Assembly (NCBI GenBank): GCA_009841015.1
Contig: VXMQ01000105.1
Coordinates: 1 to 60,439 of the forward strand
Source: Candidatus Palauibacter denitrificans
GTDB taxonomy: Bacteria; Gemmatimonadota; Gemmatimonadetes; Palauibacterales; Palauibacteraceae
Reading direction: 5' to 3'
DNA: 60,439 nt
The notes under the pieces are model-generated. The model was not told where the DNA came from, searched no databases, and saw nothing but the letters and a program-made list of their open reading frames with translations. Below are positions 1 through 11,006 of this stretch, in pieces (the first letter of the stretch is position 1; each line of letters opens with the position of its first letter). The position numbers were made by a program, and so were the translations under genes.

Positions 1-2
1 TC

Positions 3-143
3 CCGCTTTCGGACTACGGACGCGACGGGGCGCCGATCCGGTACAAGGCATGGGTGTGCTCGAATCCCGACTGCGGGTTCAACATCCGGATCGACAACGG
101 TGAGATCAGCTTCGGACGTAACATCCAGCAGTCCTACAAGTAA
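3..143 (+). CDS. 3' end of a CDS entering from upstream (partial, 46 codons + TAA); unknown function, possible zinc-ribbon-like tail
   Basis: Frame 3 is open from the window edge. It reads PLSDYGRDGAPIRYKAWVCSNPDCGFNIRIDNGEISFGRNIQQSYK* with ordinary, unbiased composition. It is absent from the ORF track because no start lies in the window. Confidence 0.35.
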   Translation, partial: PLSDYGRDGAPIRYKAWVCSNPDCGFNIRIDNGEISFGRNIQQSYK

Positions 144-183
144 CCTCCCCGGCGGAGATTCCGCCGCCGCGCGGAGTTCCGCC

Positions 184-1788
184 ATGCGGATTCCCGCCCT
201 CCCGCCATCGGACTGGTGGCGCTGTGCCGCCCGCGAGGTGTGGCTGCCCACCGCGGCCGAGATGGCGGAGATCGACCGCGTTGCCGTCGAATCGGCGGCG
301 ATACCCGAGCGTGCCTTGATCGAGAACGCGGGTCGGGCGTTGGCGCACCATGTGCACGAGAGATTCCCGACCGGCCGTGTCGCGGTGCTCGCCGGAAGCG
401 GCCACAACGGCGCCGACGCCCTCGTGGCGGGACGGACCCTGTCGGCCTGGGGACGATCCGTCGGGTTCGTGCGGTGCGGGAGCCGGTCCCCGGATCCGGA
501 CGTGCTCGCGGGTTGGAGGCTGGCTCTCGATCCGCCGGAAGCGCTGGATCGGGAACTCGCCGCGGCCGACACCGTCATTGACGGCATTTTCGGGACGGGC
601 CTGACGACGGCGCCCCGCCCGGCCCAGGCGAAGATGATCGAACGCGTGAACGCCGCCCGTGCCGCCGTGGTCTCGGCCGATGGTCCCAGCGGCGTGGATT
701 TTACCACGGGTCGCGTGCCGGGGGCCGCCATTCGGGCCGACCTGACCGTGACGTTCGGGTGGCCGAAGACCGGCCTTCTGAGCTTCCCGGCGCGCGCGCG
801 TGTCGGCGACCTGATTTCGGTGGAGATCGGCTTTCCGCCGCCGGAGCCGCCGCCGTCGGCCCGGGCCGTGACGGCGGCATGGGTGGCCGGGCTCCTCGGA
901 GTGCGGCCCGCCGACGGCCACAAGGGCGACGCGGGCTATCTCGCGATCGTCGGTGGAGAGCGGGGCATGGCCGGCGCCGTCGTGCTTGCCGCCCGTGCCG
1001 CGATCCGGGCGGGTGCCGGCATCGTGCGCGTCGTGAGTGCCCCGGAGAACCGGAAGATCGTGCAGACCGGCGTGCCAGAGGCCGTGTTCGTGGACTGGTC
1101 CGCGTCGGAGGCGGTGCAGTCGGCGCTGAACTGGGCCGGCGCGGTCGCGGTCGGACCGGGACTGGGAACGGGGCCGGCGCGGGTGGGGCTGATACGGCGC
1201 GTGCTGGAGGAGGGAGCCGTCCCTCTCGTACTCGACGCGGACGCCTTGAACGTGCTTTCGGCGGAGGCCGCGGAGGCGGGGGACGCACCCGGTCCGCTGG
1301 CTCCGCTCCGCTCCGTCCTGCTTACGCCGCATCCCGGCGAGATGGCGCGGTTGCTCGGGACGTCGGTCGGCGAAGTACGCGGGGATGCCCCGGCCGCCGC
1401 CCGGCGGCTGGCCGACGCGACACGGGCGACCGTGCTGCTCAAGGGCGCGCCGACCTGGGTGGCCCGCCCCGGGGGCGAGCTGCGCGCGACCACGCTCGTG
1501 AGTCCCGCGTTCGCGAGCGGCGGCATGGGCGACGTGCTGACCGGCGTGTGCGGCGCCTGCCTGGCGTCCGGCCTCGGCCCCGCCGACGCGGCGTCCGCCG
1601 CCCTGACGCTCACGGGTCTCGCCATCCTGCGCGACGTGGACGAGATCGGCGGATCCGCGGCCGACGTCCCCGATGCGCTGCCGGGCGCCCGCCGCGCGCT
1701 GGGCAGGCTGCGGCCCGGAGCCTGGCCGGGGGTGAACCTCGCCCTTCCCGCCGTGCCGGTCGCCGCGACCGGGGACCGGGCCGGATGA
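184..1788 (+). CDS. nnr: bifunctional NAD(P)H-hydrate repair enzyme (YjeF_N epimerase + ADP-dependent dehydratase)
   Basis: ORF 100..1788. Motifs: VLAGSGHNGADALV (epimerase half); GHKGDAGYLAIVGG, LLKGAPT and SGGMGDVLTG (dehydratase half). Start placed at the second ATG (MRIPALPP); ATG 100 is also possible. Confidence 0.85.
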   Translation: MRIPALPPSDWWRCAAREVWLPTAAEMAEIDRVAVESAAIPERALIENAGRALAHHVHERFPTGRVAVLAGSGHNGADALVAGRTLSAWGRSVGFVRCGSRSPDPDVLAGWRLALDPPEALDRELAAADTVIDGIFGTGLTTAPRPAQAKMIERVNAARAAVVSADGPSGVDFTTGRVPGAAIRADLTVTFGWPKTGLLSFPARARVGDLISVEIGFPPPEPPPSARAVTAAWVAGLLGVRPADGHKGDAGYLAIVGGERGMAGAVVLAARAAIRAGAGIVRVVSAPENRKIVQTGVPEAVFVDWSASEAVQSALNWAGAVAVGPGLGTGPARVGLIRRVLEEGAVPLVLDADALNVLSAEAAEAGDAPGPLAPLRSVLLTPHPGEMARLLGTSVGEVRGDAPAAARRLADATRATVLLKGAPTWVARPGGELRATTLVSPAFASGGMGDVLTGVCGACLASGLGPADAASAALTLTGLAILRDVDEIGGSAADVPDALPGARRALGRLRPGAWPGVNLALPAVPVAATGDRAG

Positions 1789-2798
1789 ACCTCACCGGTC
1801 CGGCGCTCGCGGAAGGGCCCGAAACGGCGCGCATCCGGGCGTTCCTGGAGGGAGCCGGCGCGGCGGGCGGCCGCACGAACCCGGCGGTCACCGTCACGTT
1901 GCCGGTCGGGGATGACGCCGCCGGCTTTCGCCCTCCCGACGGCGCGCAGGTCGTGGTGAGCTGCGACGCGAGCGTGGAGGGGATCCACTTTCGCCGCGAA
2001 TGGATGACGTGGGAGACGATCGGATACCGCGCGGCGGCGTCGGCGCTGAGCGACCTCGCGGCCATGGCCGCGACCCCCGTCGGCCTCGTGGTGGCGGCGG
2101 CGCTGCCCCCGGAACTTGACGTCGAGACCGCCGCGGCCCTCGGACGAGGGGTGGGAGAGGTCTCCGGCCGCGTCGGCGCAGAGGTCCTCGGCGGCGACCT
2201 GGTTGCGTCGCCGGGTCCCGCGTTTCTCGACGTCACGGTCCTCGGATACGCGGCGGCCCCGACGACGCGGAGCGGGGCGCGTCCGGGCGATGAACTGTGG
2301 GTGACCGGCGAACTCGGCGCGGCCGCGGCCGCCCTGAGCGACCTGGAGCGGGGACTGGAACCGGACCCTCGGGCCCGCAGGGCCTTCGACCGCCCGCGCC
2401 CCCGGATCGACGAGATGCTGTGGCTCCGGGACCGAGTGCGGGTCCACGCCGCGATCGACCTTTCGGACGGCGTGATGCGGGATGCGCGCCATCTCGCGGC
2501 GGCTTCCGAAGTCGCTCTGGAAGTCGAGGCGGATCGCCTCCCGGCCGCACCCGCCCTCGAGGGCTTTCGTCGGGCGCCGGCCGGGGAACGCCTCCTCCTC
2601 GCCGGCGGTGAGGACTATGAACTGCTGATTGCCGTGCCCTCCGGGGCCATGCAGGGGACGGCGCGGGCATTCGCCGTCGCGTTCGATCTCCCGCTCACGC
2701 GCATCGGCAGTGCGCGCGAAGGCGAGGGACTGACCGTGAGTGGGCGGTCGAATCCGGCGCTTCCCGCGGGGTTCGACCATTTCGAGGCCGGGCGTTGA
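1785..2798 (+). CDS. thiL: thiamine-monophosphate kinase
   Basis: Internal part of ORF 759..2798, from MNLTGPALAEG. Motifs: LPVGDDAAGF, SCDASVEGIHF, DLSDGV, GGEDYELL. ATG 1785 overlaps the nnr TGA (ATGA). Confidence 0.85.
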   Translation: MNLTGPALAEGPETARIRAFLEGAGAAGGRTNPAVTVTLPVGDDAAGFRPPDGAQVVVSCDASVEGIHFRREWMTWETIGYRAAASALSDLAAMAATPVGLVVAAALPPELDVETAAALGRGVGEVSGRVGAEVLGGDLVASPGPAFLDVTVLGYAAAPTTRSGARPGDELWVTGELGAAAAALSDLERGLEPDPRARRAFDRPRPRIDEMLWLRDRVRVHAAIDLSDGVMRDARHLAAASEVALEVEADRLPAAPALEGFRRAPAGERLLLAGGEDYELLIAVPSGAMQGTARAFAVAFDLPLTRIGSAREGEGLTVSGRSNPALPAGFDHFEAGR

Positions 2799-3526
2799 TG
2801 AGGACGGCGATCTTTTACGTGGCACTCGTGTTGTCGACGATCTTCTTCGGGGCCCTGGCGGCGACGGTTTCCCTCGTCGGAGGCGGCCGGGCCTGGATGG
2901 ACCGGGCCAACCGGGGCTGGGCCCGCGCCGTGCTTTCGGCCGCGGGCGTGCGCGTCACGGTGCACGGCCTCGAGCACCTCGACCCGTCGGGGGTCCAGAT
3001 CATCGCCGCGAACCACCAGTCGTACTTCGACATCTGGGCACTCATCGCCGGTCTTCCCGCCTCCGTACGCTTCATCGCGAAACGGGAGTTGGGGAACATC
3101 CCGATGCTCTCGGTGGGGATGCGCTCCGCGGGACATGTCCTCATCGACCGCGACCGGCCCCGGAGTGCGAGGAAAACGCTTCGGGAGGCGAGCGACCGGA
3201 TGCGCGCCGAGCGGCTGACGCTCGTGCTGTTTCCCGAGGGGACCCGGTCGCGGGACGGCCGACTGGGGCGCTTCCGGCGAGGGGCCTTCGCCCTCGCGCG
3301 GGAGACGCGGGCGCCGCTGGTACCCGCGGCGATCGATGGCGGCCGGCGCGTCTACGCACCCGGTGCGAAGCGGGTGAGACCCGGCGCGATCACGGTGCGG
3401 CTGGCGCCGGCGATTCGGCTGGAGGGAGCGGAGCCGGCCGACCGGGGGACTTTGATGCGCGAGACCCGCGCCGCCATCGAGGCGATGCTGCCGGAGGGCG
3501 GCGCGGGCGGTGGCGCGTCCGGGTAG
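2798..3526 (+). CDS. plsC: 1-acyl-sn-glycerol-3-phosphate acyltransferase
   Basis: ORF 2795..3526. HX4D motif ANHQSYFDIW and FPEGTRSRDG; N-terminal TM helix. TTG 2795 / ATG 2798 overlap the thiL stop. Confidence 0.85.
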   Translation: MRTAIFYVALVLSTIFFGALAATVSLVGGGRAWMDRANRGWARAVLSAAGVRVTVHGLEHLDPSGVQIIAANHQSYFDIWALIAGLPASVRFIAKRELGNIPMLSVGMRSAGHVLIDRDRPRSARKTLREASDRMRAERLTLVLFPEGTRSRDGRLGRFRRGAFALARETRAPLVPAAIDGGRRVYAPGAKRVRPGAITVRLAPAIRLEGAEPADRGTLMRETRAAIEAMLPEGGAGGGASG

Positions 3527-5337
<1,811 letters not shown>

Positions 5338-5358
5338 GCCGCGAACTCTCGCGGCTTT
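5338..5358 (+). terminator. hairpin with short T-tract immediately after ftsB (weak intrinsic-terminator candidate)
   Basis: GCCGCGA-actc-TCGCGGC (7-bp stem) followed by TTT. A second 7-bp GC hairpin (CGCGGGG..CCCCGCG) follows at 5359..5383. Confidence 0.3.
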
Positions 5359-5435
5359 CGCGGGGTCGGCGGCTTGCCCCGCGCGCCACGAGGTGTAGGA
5401 TAGCGGACCCATATTGTGCGACACTGCACAGGCAT

Positions 5436-5509
5436 GGCAGGGTAGCTCAGCCTGGTAGAGCAAGGGACTCATAAGCCCTGGGTCGGGGGTTCAAATCCCC
5501 CCCCTGCCA
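5436..5509 (+). tRNA. tRNA-Met, anticodon CAT (elongator type; a lysidine-modified tRNA-Ile2 cannot be excluded)
   Basis: Hand-folded cloverleaf. Acceptor GGCAGGG/CCCTGCC with discriminator A. D arm GCTC-AGCCTGGTA-GAGC. Anticodon loop CTCATAA. T arm GGGGG-TTCAAAT-CCCCC. No encoded CCA. G1:C72 is paired, so it is not an initiator. Confidence 0.9.
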
Positions 5510-5515
5510 CTCGTT

Positions 5516-7003
5516 ATGGCGGCGCAACACGAACTCGGAGCCGGGCCCGTCCGGGCCCTCGTGCGGTTCTCCGGCGAGCTATCGACCAAGGCCCGCCGGA
5601 CGCGGTCGCGCTTCCAGAACCGGCTCGCGACCAACCTGCGCGATGCGTTCGACGCCGAAGGGATCGACGCCGCGCTCGAGTCCGGGTGGAGCCGCTTCCA
5701 CGTCGAGAGTCCGGACGCGGCCTTCCTCGACCCGCTCCTGCGCACCTTCGGCGTGTCCAGTTGCTCCGTGCTGGCCGGTGAGTGCGAGGCGGACCTCGAC
5801 ACGATCGTCGCCATTGGCACGGCCCTCTTCGCCGAATCCGTGCGGGGCCGGAGCTACGCGGTGCGGGCGCGGCGCTCCGGTTCGCACGGCTTCTCCTCCT
5901 CCGACATCCAGCAGCGTCTCGGGGCAGCCCTCAACCCCGGGGCTACGGTGGATCTCGGAGATCCGGACATCACCGTGTTCGTCGAGGTCCGTGACGAACG
6001 GGTCTTCTTTCACGAGGACAGGATCCCGGGAGCGTCCGGCCTGCCGCTCGGAGTGCAGGGACACGCCCTCGCCCTCATCTCCGGCGGCTTCGATTCGGCG
6101 GTCGCCGCCTGGATGGCGCTGCGCCGGGGGATTCGCCTCGACTACGCCTTCTGCAACCTCGGCGGGAGCGCGTACGAGCGGATGGTCGTGGAGGTCACGA
6201 AGATCCTGGCGGATCGCTGGAGCTACGGGACGCGGCCCAGGCTGCACGTCCTCGAGTTCGGCCCGGTCGTCGAGGCGATGCGGGCCCGCGCCAAACCGGC
6301 TTACCTGCAGGTCGTCCTCAAGCGGATGATGTATCGTGCCGCGGCGACGATCGGGGAACGGATCGGGGCCGACGCGATCGTCACCGGCGAGTCGGTCGGA
6401 CAGGTCTCCTCGCAGACGCTCCGCAATCTCCGCGCGATCGAGAACGCCTCCTCGCTCCCGGTGCTGCGACCCCTGCTCGGATTCCACAAGGAGGAGATCC
6501 TGGAACGGGCGCGCGAGATCGGCACCCATGACCTCTCCGCCCGGGTGCGAGAGTACTGCGACCTCGTGCCGCAGCGGCCGGTCACGGCGTCGTCGCCCGA
6601 GGCCGCCGCGGCGCAGGAGTCGGCCGTGGGCTTCGAGGAACTCGACGAGGCGGTCGCCGGCGCGGCCACGCACGATGTGCGCGCCCTGCGTCCGGAATCC
6701 ATGGTCGGGGCGTCCCTGTACGTGGCCGATGTGCCCGACGGAGCGATCATCCTCGACACCCGCTCCCGCGACGCGTTCGAAGCCTGGCACTGGCCGGGGG
6801 CGACCCTCCGCGACCTCCCCCGACTCGAGCGGGACTTCGGCCAACTCGATCGCGACGCGACGTACGTGCTCTGCTGCGCGGAGGGCGTGCGCACGGCCTA
6901 CCTGGCCGAGGTCATGCAGCGCGCGGGATACGAGGCCTACTCCTTCCTCGGCGGCGCGCCCCGCATGCGGCGCGTCGCGCGAGGCCGGTCGGGGATCGAC
7001 TGA
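5516..7003 (+). CDS. thiI: tRNA 4-thiouridine(8) synthase ThiI with C-terminal rhodanese domain
   Basis: ORF 5516..7003. THUMP-type N-terminus (VRFSGELSTKARRTRSRF), PP-loop LISGGFDSAVAAW, and a C-terminal rhodanese with active-site CCAEGVRT. Confidence 0.9.
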   Translation: MAAQHELGAGPVRALVRFSGELSTKARRTRSRFQNRLATNLRDAFDAEGIDAALESGWSRFHVESPDAAFLDPLLRTFGVSSCSVLAGECEADLDTIVAIGTALFAESVRGRSYAVRARRSGSHGFSSSDIQQRLGAALNPGATVDLGDPDITVFVEVRDERVFFHEDRIPGASGLPLGVQGHALALISGGFDSAVAAWMALRRGIRLDYAFCNLGGSAYERMVVEVTKILADRWSYGTRPRLHVLEFGPVVEAMRARAKPAYLQVVLKRMMYRAAATIGERIGADAIVTGESVGQVSSQTLRNLRAIENASSLPVLRPLLGFHKEEILERAREIGTHDLSARVREYCDLVPQRPVTASSPEAAAAQESAVGFEELDEAVAGAATHDVRALRPESMVGASLYVADVPDGAIILDTRSRDAFEAWHWPGATLRDLPRLERDFGQLDRDATYVLCCAEGVRTAYLAEVMQRAGYEAYSFLGGAPRMRRVARGRSGID

Positions 7004-7052
7004 TCGCGGCCCGTTTTGACACCCCCGCCCATGCGGGGCGAGCTTGGGCCGC

Positions 7053-7808
7053 ATGAGCGGGAACAAGCGCGGGATGACGGCGGCCCTGGAGGCCGTGCGA
7101 AAGGGCGAAGTGCCGACGCACGTCGCCGTCATCATGGACGGGAACGGCCGCTGGGCGCGGCAGCGTGGCCTGCCGCGCTGGGAAGGGCACCGCGCCGGCA
7201 TGACAGCGGTGCGGGAGATTACCGAAGGGGCGGTGGAGGCCGGCGTGGCCCACCTCACCCTGTACGCCTTCTCGGATGAGAACTGGTTCCGGCCCTCCAT
7301 GGAGGTGGAGGCGCTGATGACGCTCCTCCAGGAGTATGTGAGGAGCCAGCGCGAAGCTCTCGTCAGGCACGGGATCCGGGTCACGGTGTTCGGCGACCGC
7401 CTGCGGCTTCCGGAGGAGGCGCGGCGGGCGATCTCTGAACTCGAGGCGTCGACGGAGGGCGGTACGGCCCTGGAGGTGCACCTCGCGATCAGCTATGGCT
7501 CGCGGGCGGAACTCGCGGGGGTGGCGCGAACGCTCGCGCAGCGCTGCCTGGAGGGCGAACTGGCCCCCGAGGAGATCAACGCCGAACGCTTCGGGGCCGA
7601 ACTCCTGACGAGGGACTGGCCGGATCCGGACCTTCTGATCCGCACCTCGGGGGAGCAGCGCATCTCCAACTTCCTCCTCTGGCAGCTCGCCTACGCGGAA
7701 CTCTTCGTGACGGATGTCCTGTGGCCCGACTTCACCCGGGAGCACCTGTTCGCCGCGCTCGTCGACTACCGGCGCCGCGAACGGAGGTTCGGGCTGGTGA
7801 AGACGTGA
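7053..7808 (+). CDS. uppS: isoprenyl transferase (undecaprenyl-diphosphate synthase)
   Basis: ORF 7044..7808. Motifs: HVAVIMDGNGRWA, RTSGEQRISNFLLWQLAYAELF. ATG 7053 preferred over TTG 7044. Confidence 0.9.
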   Translation: MSGNKRGMTAALEAVRKGEVPTHVAVIMDGNGRWARQRGLPRWEGHRAGMTAVREITEGAVEAGVAHLTLYAFSDENWFRPSMEVEALMTLLQEYVRSQREALVRHGIRVTVFGDRLRLPEEARRAISELEASTEGGTALEVHLAISYGSRAELAGVARTLAQRCLEGELAPEEINAERFGAELLTRDWPDPDLLIRTSGEQRISNFLLWQLAYAELFVTDVLWPDFTREHLFAALVDYRRRERRFGLVKT

Positions 7809-7824
7809 GGCCGCCGGGTCCGGC

Positions 7825-8676
7825 ATGAGCTCCAATCTCCGCAAGAGACTCGCGGTCGCGGGGGTCGGGGGCCCCAGCTGCGCGCTGTTGACGTCCGGCG
7901 GGGTGGTCGTCGCCGCCGCGGGGGGGGGGGCGGCGGCCGCGCTCGGTTACCGGGAATTCGCGGGGATGATGCGCGGGACGGGGACGCGGGTCCTCACCCT
8001 GCCCGGAGCGGTGGCCGCGTTTCTCTTCCCGTTCGCCGTCCTGGCGGGCGGTCTCGAGGGCGGCGGATCCTATGCGGCGGGCCTGATGCTCGCCTTCCCG
8101 GCGCTCGCGCTCGCGACCGTGGACCTCCCGGAGCGGCCGATCCGGGCCGCCGCCTGCACGACGTTCGGAGTCTTCTACGTCGGAGGGCTGCTCGCGCTGG
8201 GCGTCCCCCTGCGCGAAGGCGGACTCCCGCTCGCGCCCGGCGACGACACGAGCGCCGGGCGGATGGCCGCTACGCTGCTCTTCTTCCTTCCGGTCGTCAT
8301 CACGTGGCTTGCCGACACGGCGGCGTACCTGGGCGGACGAGCGTTCGGGAGACGCCCGCTCGCGCCGCGCGTGAGCCCCAACAAGACGGTGGCGGGAGCG
8401 GTGTGCGCGCTGCTGGCAGGCGTCGCCACGGCCGTCCTCTATCCGCGATTCCTCCTTCCGGATATCTGGGTACTGGACCTGGTTGCTACGCTGGCCTTCG
8501 GACTGGTCGTGACGGGGCTGGCGATCATTGGGGATCTTGCCGAATCCGCCCTCAAGCGCGAGTGCGGCGTGAAGGACTCGTCGGGTCTCCTCCCCGGGCA
8601 CGGGGGAATGCTGGACCGGCTCGATTCCATCCTGTGGACGGTCCCCGCCGCGTTCCTCTTCCTCCTCCTGGTGTGA
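7825..8676 (+). CDS. cdsA: phosphatidate cytidylyltransferase
   Basis: ORF 7825..8676. Multi-TM protein with signature SALKRECGVKDSSGLLPGHGGMLDRLDS. Confidence 0.85.
   Translation: MSSNLRKRLAVAGVGGPSCALLTSGGVVVAAAGGGAAAALGYREFAGMMRGTGTRVLTLPGAVAAFLFPFAVLAGGLEGGGSYAAGLMLAFPALALATVDLPERPIRAAACTTFGVFYVGGLLALGVPLREGGLPLAPGDDTSAGRMAATLLFFLPVVITWLADTAAYLGGRAFGRRPLAPRVSPNKTVAGAVCALLAGVATAVLYPRFLLPDIWVLDLVATLAFGLVVTGLAIIGDLAESALKRECGVKDSSGLLPGHGGMLDRLDSILWTVPAAFLFLLLV
7920..7930 (+). repeat. G11 homopolymer inside the cdsA coding region
   Basis: Direct reading: c-ggggggggggg-c, encoding AGGGA in the N-terminal TM segment. Confidence 0.9.
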
Positions 8677-8716
8677 CGGCCGCCGGAGGCGGACCGGGTT
8701 TCCCGGAGGTCGCGGC

Positions 8717-9883
8717 TTGAAGCACGTCGCCGTCCTCGGCGCCACGGGATCCGTCGGCGGGGGTACGCTCGAGGTGATCCGGCGCCACCCGGCGCGGTTT
8801 CGCGCCGCAGTGCTGACGGCGAACCGCCGCTGGGAGGCGCTGGACGCCCTCGCGCTCGACCTGGCCCCCGATTTCGTTGTGCTCGGGACTCCACCGCCGG
8901 ACGACTTTGCGCCCCGCTGGGCCGGAGAATGGCGCTTCGGCGCCGCAGCGCTCGCGGACGCGGCCGGATCCTCCGGGATCGACATCGTTCTCAATGCAGT
9001 CGTGGGGTTTGCCGGGCTCGACGCGACGCTGGCGGCGCTCGGCTCGGGGAAGCGGCTGGCACTCGCCAACAAGGAGTCGCTCGTGGCGGGGGGAGACCTT
9101 GTGATGGAGGCGCTGCGTCGCGGCGGCGGCGAACTCCTGCCCGTGGACAGCGAGCATTCGGCGGTCCACCAGTGCCTGGCCGGGCGTCCGGTGTCGGAAG
9201 TCGTGCGGGTCACGCTCACGGCTTCGGGCGGTCCCTTCCGCGAGTGGCCGGCACGGCGACTCGCCACCGTGACGCCGGCCGATGCCCTCCGTCACCCCAC
9301 GTGGTCGATGGGAGCCAAGATCACGATCGACTCCGCCACGCTGGCGAACAAGGCGCTCGAGGTCATCGAGGCGCACACGCTGTTCGATCTTCCCTACGAA
9401 CGCATCGACGTCGTCGTGCACCCGACGTCGATCGTCCACTCCGTCGTCGAATTCAGGGATGGTTCCTCGCTCGCGCAGCTCGGCCGGCCCTCGATGGAGA
9501 TTCCGATCCTGTGGGCCCTCGGCTACCCCGACCGGCTGGATGATGCGCGTCGGGAGGCGGGGTTCGACCCCGTGCGGGATGGTCCGCTGGAGTTCGAACC
9601 GGTGCGGGAGGAGGATTTCCCCCTCTTCCGCGCGGGGGTCGCGGCGGGCAAGAGGGGAGGCGAGTTTCCGGTGGCCTTCAACGCGGCCAACGAGGTTGCG
9701 GTCGAGAGGTTCCTCTCCGGGGACGTCGGCTTCAGGGAACTCGCCGATGTCGTACTTCGTACGCTGGAACGGTTCTCGTCGCGCGCCATCGAATCGGTGG
9801 AAGATGCGCGGCGCGTCGACAGCCGGGCACGCGCCATCGCCCGCGACCCACACGGGGAGTCCAAGTCGGGAGAAGCTGAGTGA
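8717..9883 (+). CDS. dxr: 1-deoxy-D-xylulose 5-phosphate reductoisomerase
   Basis: ORF 8717..9883 (TTG start). Motifs: VAVLGATGSVG, LANKESLV, VDSEHSAVHQC. Confidence 0.95.
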   Translation: MKHVAVLGATGSVGGGTLEVIRRHPARFRAAVLTANRRWEALDALALDLAPDFVVLGTPPPDDFAPRWAGEWRFGAAALADAAGSSGIDIVLNAVVGFAGLDATLAALGSGKRLALANKESLVAGGDLVMEALRRGGGELLPVDSEHSAVHQCLAGRPVSEVVRVTLTASGGPFREWPARRLATVTPADALRHPTWSMGAKITIDSATLANKALEVIEAHTLFDLPYERIDVVVHPTSIVHSVVEFRDGSSLAQLGRPSMEIPILWALGYPDRLDDARREAGFDPVRDGPLEFEPVREEDFPLFRAGVAAGKRGGEFPVAFNAANEVAVERFLSGDVGFRELADVVLRTLERFSSRAIESVEDARRVDSRARAIARDPHGESKSGEAE

Positions 9884-10995
9884 TCGTAACGATTCTGGTA
9901 ACCGTCCTTGTCCTGGGCGTGCTCATTTTCGTGCATGAGCTGGGGCATTTCGCCGCGGCGAAGAGCGTCGGGATCGACGTGCCGCGGTTTTCGATCGGCC
10001 TCGGCCCGAAGATGGTGGGTTTCCGGCGCGGGGGAACGGAGTACGTCCTCTCATGGATCCCTCTCGGCGGCTACGTCAAGATGGCGGGGATGGCGGACGA
10101 GGAAGTGACGTCGACGCTCGAGGGCGGAGGCGACCCGGTCGAGACGGCGGCCGAGACGGCGGGGCGCAGGCCGGGCCCGGGGCCCGGAGACTTCGATGGA
10201 AAGCCGCTCTGGGCCCGCGTCTTCGCCATCTCGGCCGGCGTCATCATGAACTGGCTGTTCGCGGTCGTCGCCTTCGCGGCGCTCGCGATGGGGCGTGGAG
10301 TGTTCGAGCCGCGGATCGCCGAGGTGGCGCCCGGGTCGCCCGCGGCGGAGGCGGGACTTCGGAGTGACGATCTGATCCGCCGCGTGGATGGCGCCGCGGT
10401 CCACGACCCTACCCAGGTGACGATGCGGATCGAGCGCCGCCCGGGCGAATCCATCGACATCGTCGTTGAGCGGGGAGGGGAGGAACTCACCTTCGTCGCG
10501 ACACCCGAGGCGGTCGAGCAGTACTCGGACCTCACGGGAGAATCGAGGACGGTCGGGCGCGTCGGGATCACCATCGGCGCCGACGGAGGCCGGGCGGGCC
10601 CCATCGCGGCGCTGGGGCGCGGGTGGTCGGACACCGCCTACTGGAGCGGCGCCATCCTCCAGTTCCTCGGAGACCTGGTCACCGGACGAAGTTCGGCCCG
10701 CGAGGTCGGCGGGCCCATCCTGATCGGCGAGATTTCCGGCCGCGCCGCGCGCGCCGGTTTCTGGGAGCTCCTGAGTTTCATGGCGATCATCAGCGTCAAT
10801 CTCGCCATCTTCAACCTGCTGCCGATTCCCGTTCTCGATGGCGGACACCTGCTCTTCCTGGGGATCGAGGCGGTCCGGGGCCGGGCGCTCAGCGTCCAGG
10901 CCCGGGTGCGGTTCACGACGGTGGGGATGTTCTTCGTCCTCGCCCTCATGGTGTGGGCCGTGGGGAACGACGTGCTGAGGGTGCTTCTCCGCTAG
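9880..10995 (+). CDS. rseP: RIP site-2 metalloprotease (M50 family, RseP)
   Basis: ORF 9880..10995. HELGHF zinc motif, a central PDZ-like region, NLLPIPVLDGGHL. GTGA overlap with the dxr stop. uppS-cdsA-dxr-rseP is a classical block. Confidence 0.9.
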   Translation: MIVTILVTVLVLGVLIFVHELGHFAAAKSVGIDVPRFSIGLGPKMVGFRRGGTEYVLSWIPLGGYVKMAGMADEEVTSTLEGGGDPVETAAETAGRRPGPGPGDFDGKPLWARVFAISAGVIMNWLFAVVAFAALAMGRGVFEPRIAEVAPGSPAAEAGLRSDDLIRRVDGAAVHDPTQVTMRIERRPGESIDIVVERGGEELTFVATPEAVEQYSDLTGESRTVGRVGITIGADGGRAGPIAALGRGWSDTAYWSGAILQFLGDLVTGRSSAREVGGPILIGEISGRAARAGFWELLSFMAIISVNLAIFNLLPIPVLDGGHLLFLGIEAVRGRALSVQARVRFTTVGMFFVLALMVWAVGNDVLRVLLR

Positions 10996-11006
10996 CGGGG
11001 CCGAAG

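Noticed and set aside
936-2825. Very long ORFs antisense to or out of frame with real genes. Examples: 936..2825(-) 629 aa, 5579..7384(-) 601 aa, 14156..15826(-) 556 aa, 24121..25647(-) set, 32831..35068(-) 745 aa, 37771..40023(-) 750 aa, 54673..57210(-) 845 aa.
   Set aside because: Their translations are dominated by Arg/Pro/Gly/Ala with no recognisable motifs. Each overlaps a gene with unambiguous family signatures on the other strand or frame. This is the classic stop-codon-poor artefact of high-GC DNA.
5436-5509. The tRNA(CAU) as the initiator tRNA-fMet.
   Set aside because: Positions 1:72 form a normal G:C pair rather than the C:A mismatch. The three consecutive G:C pairs are at 28-30/40-42 with an A31/G39 mismatch, not the initiator pattern.
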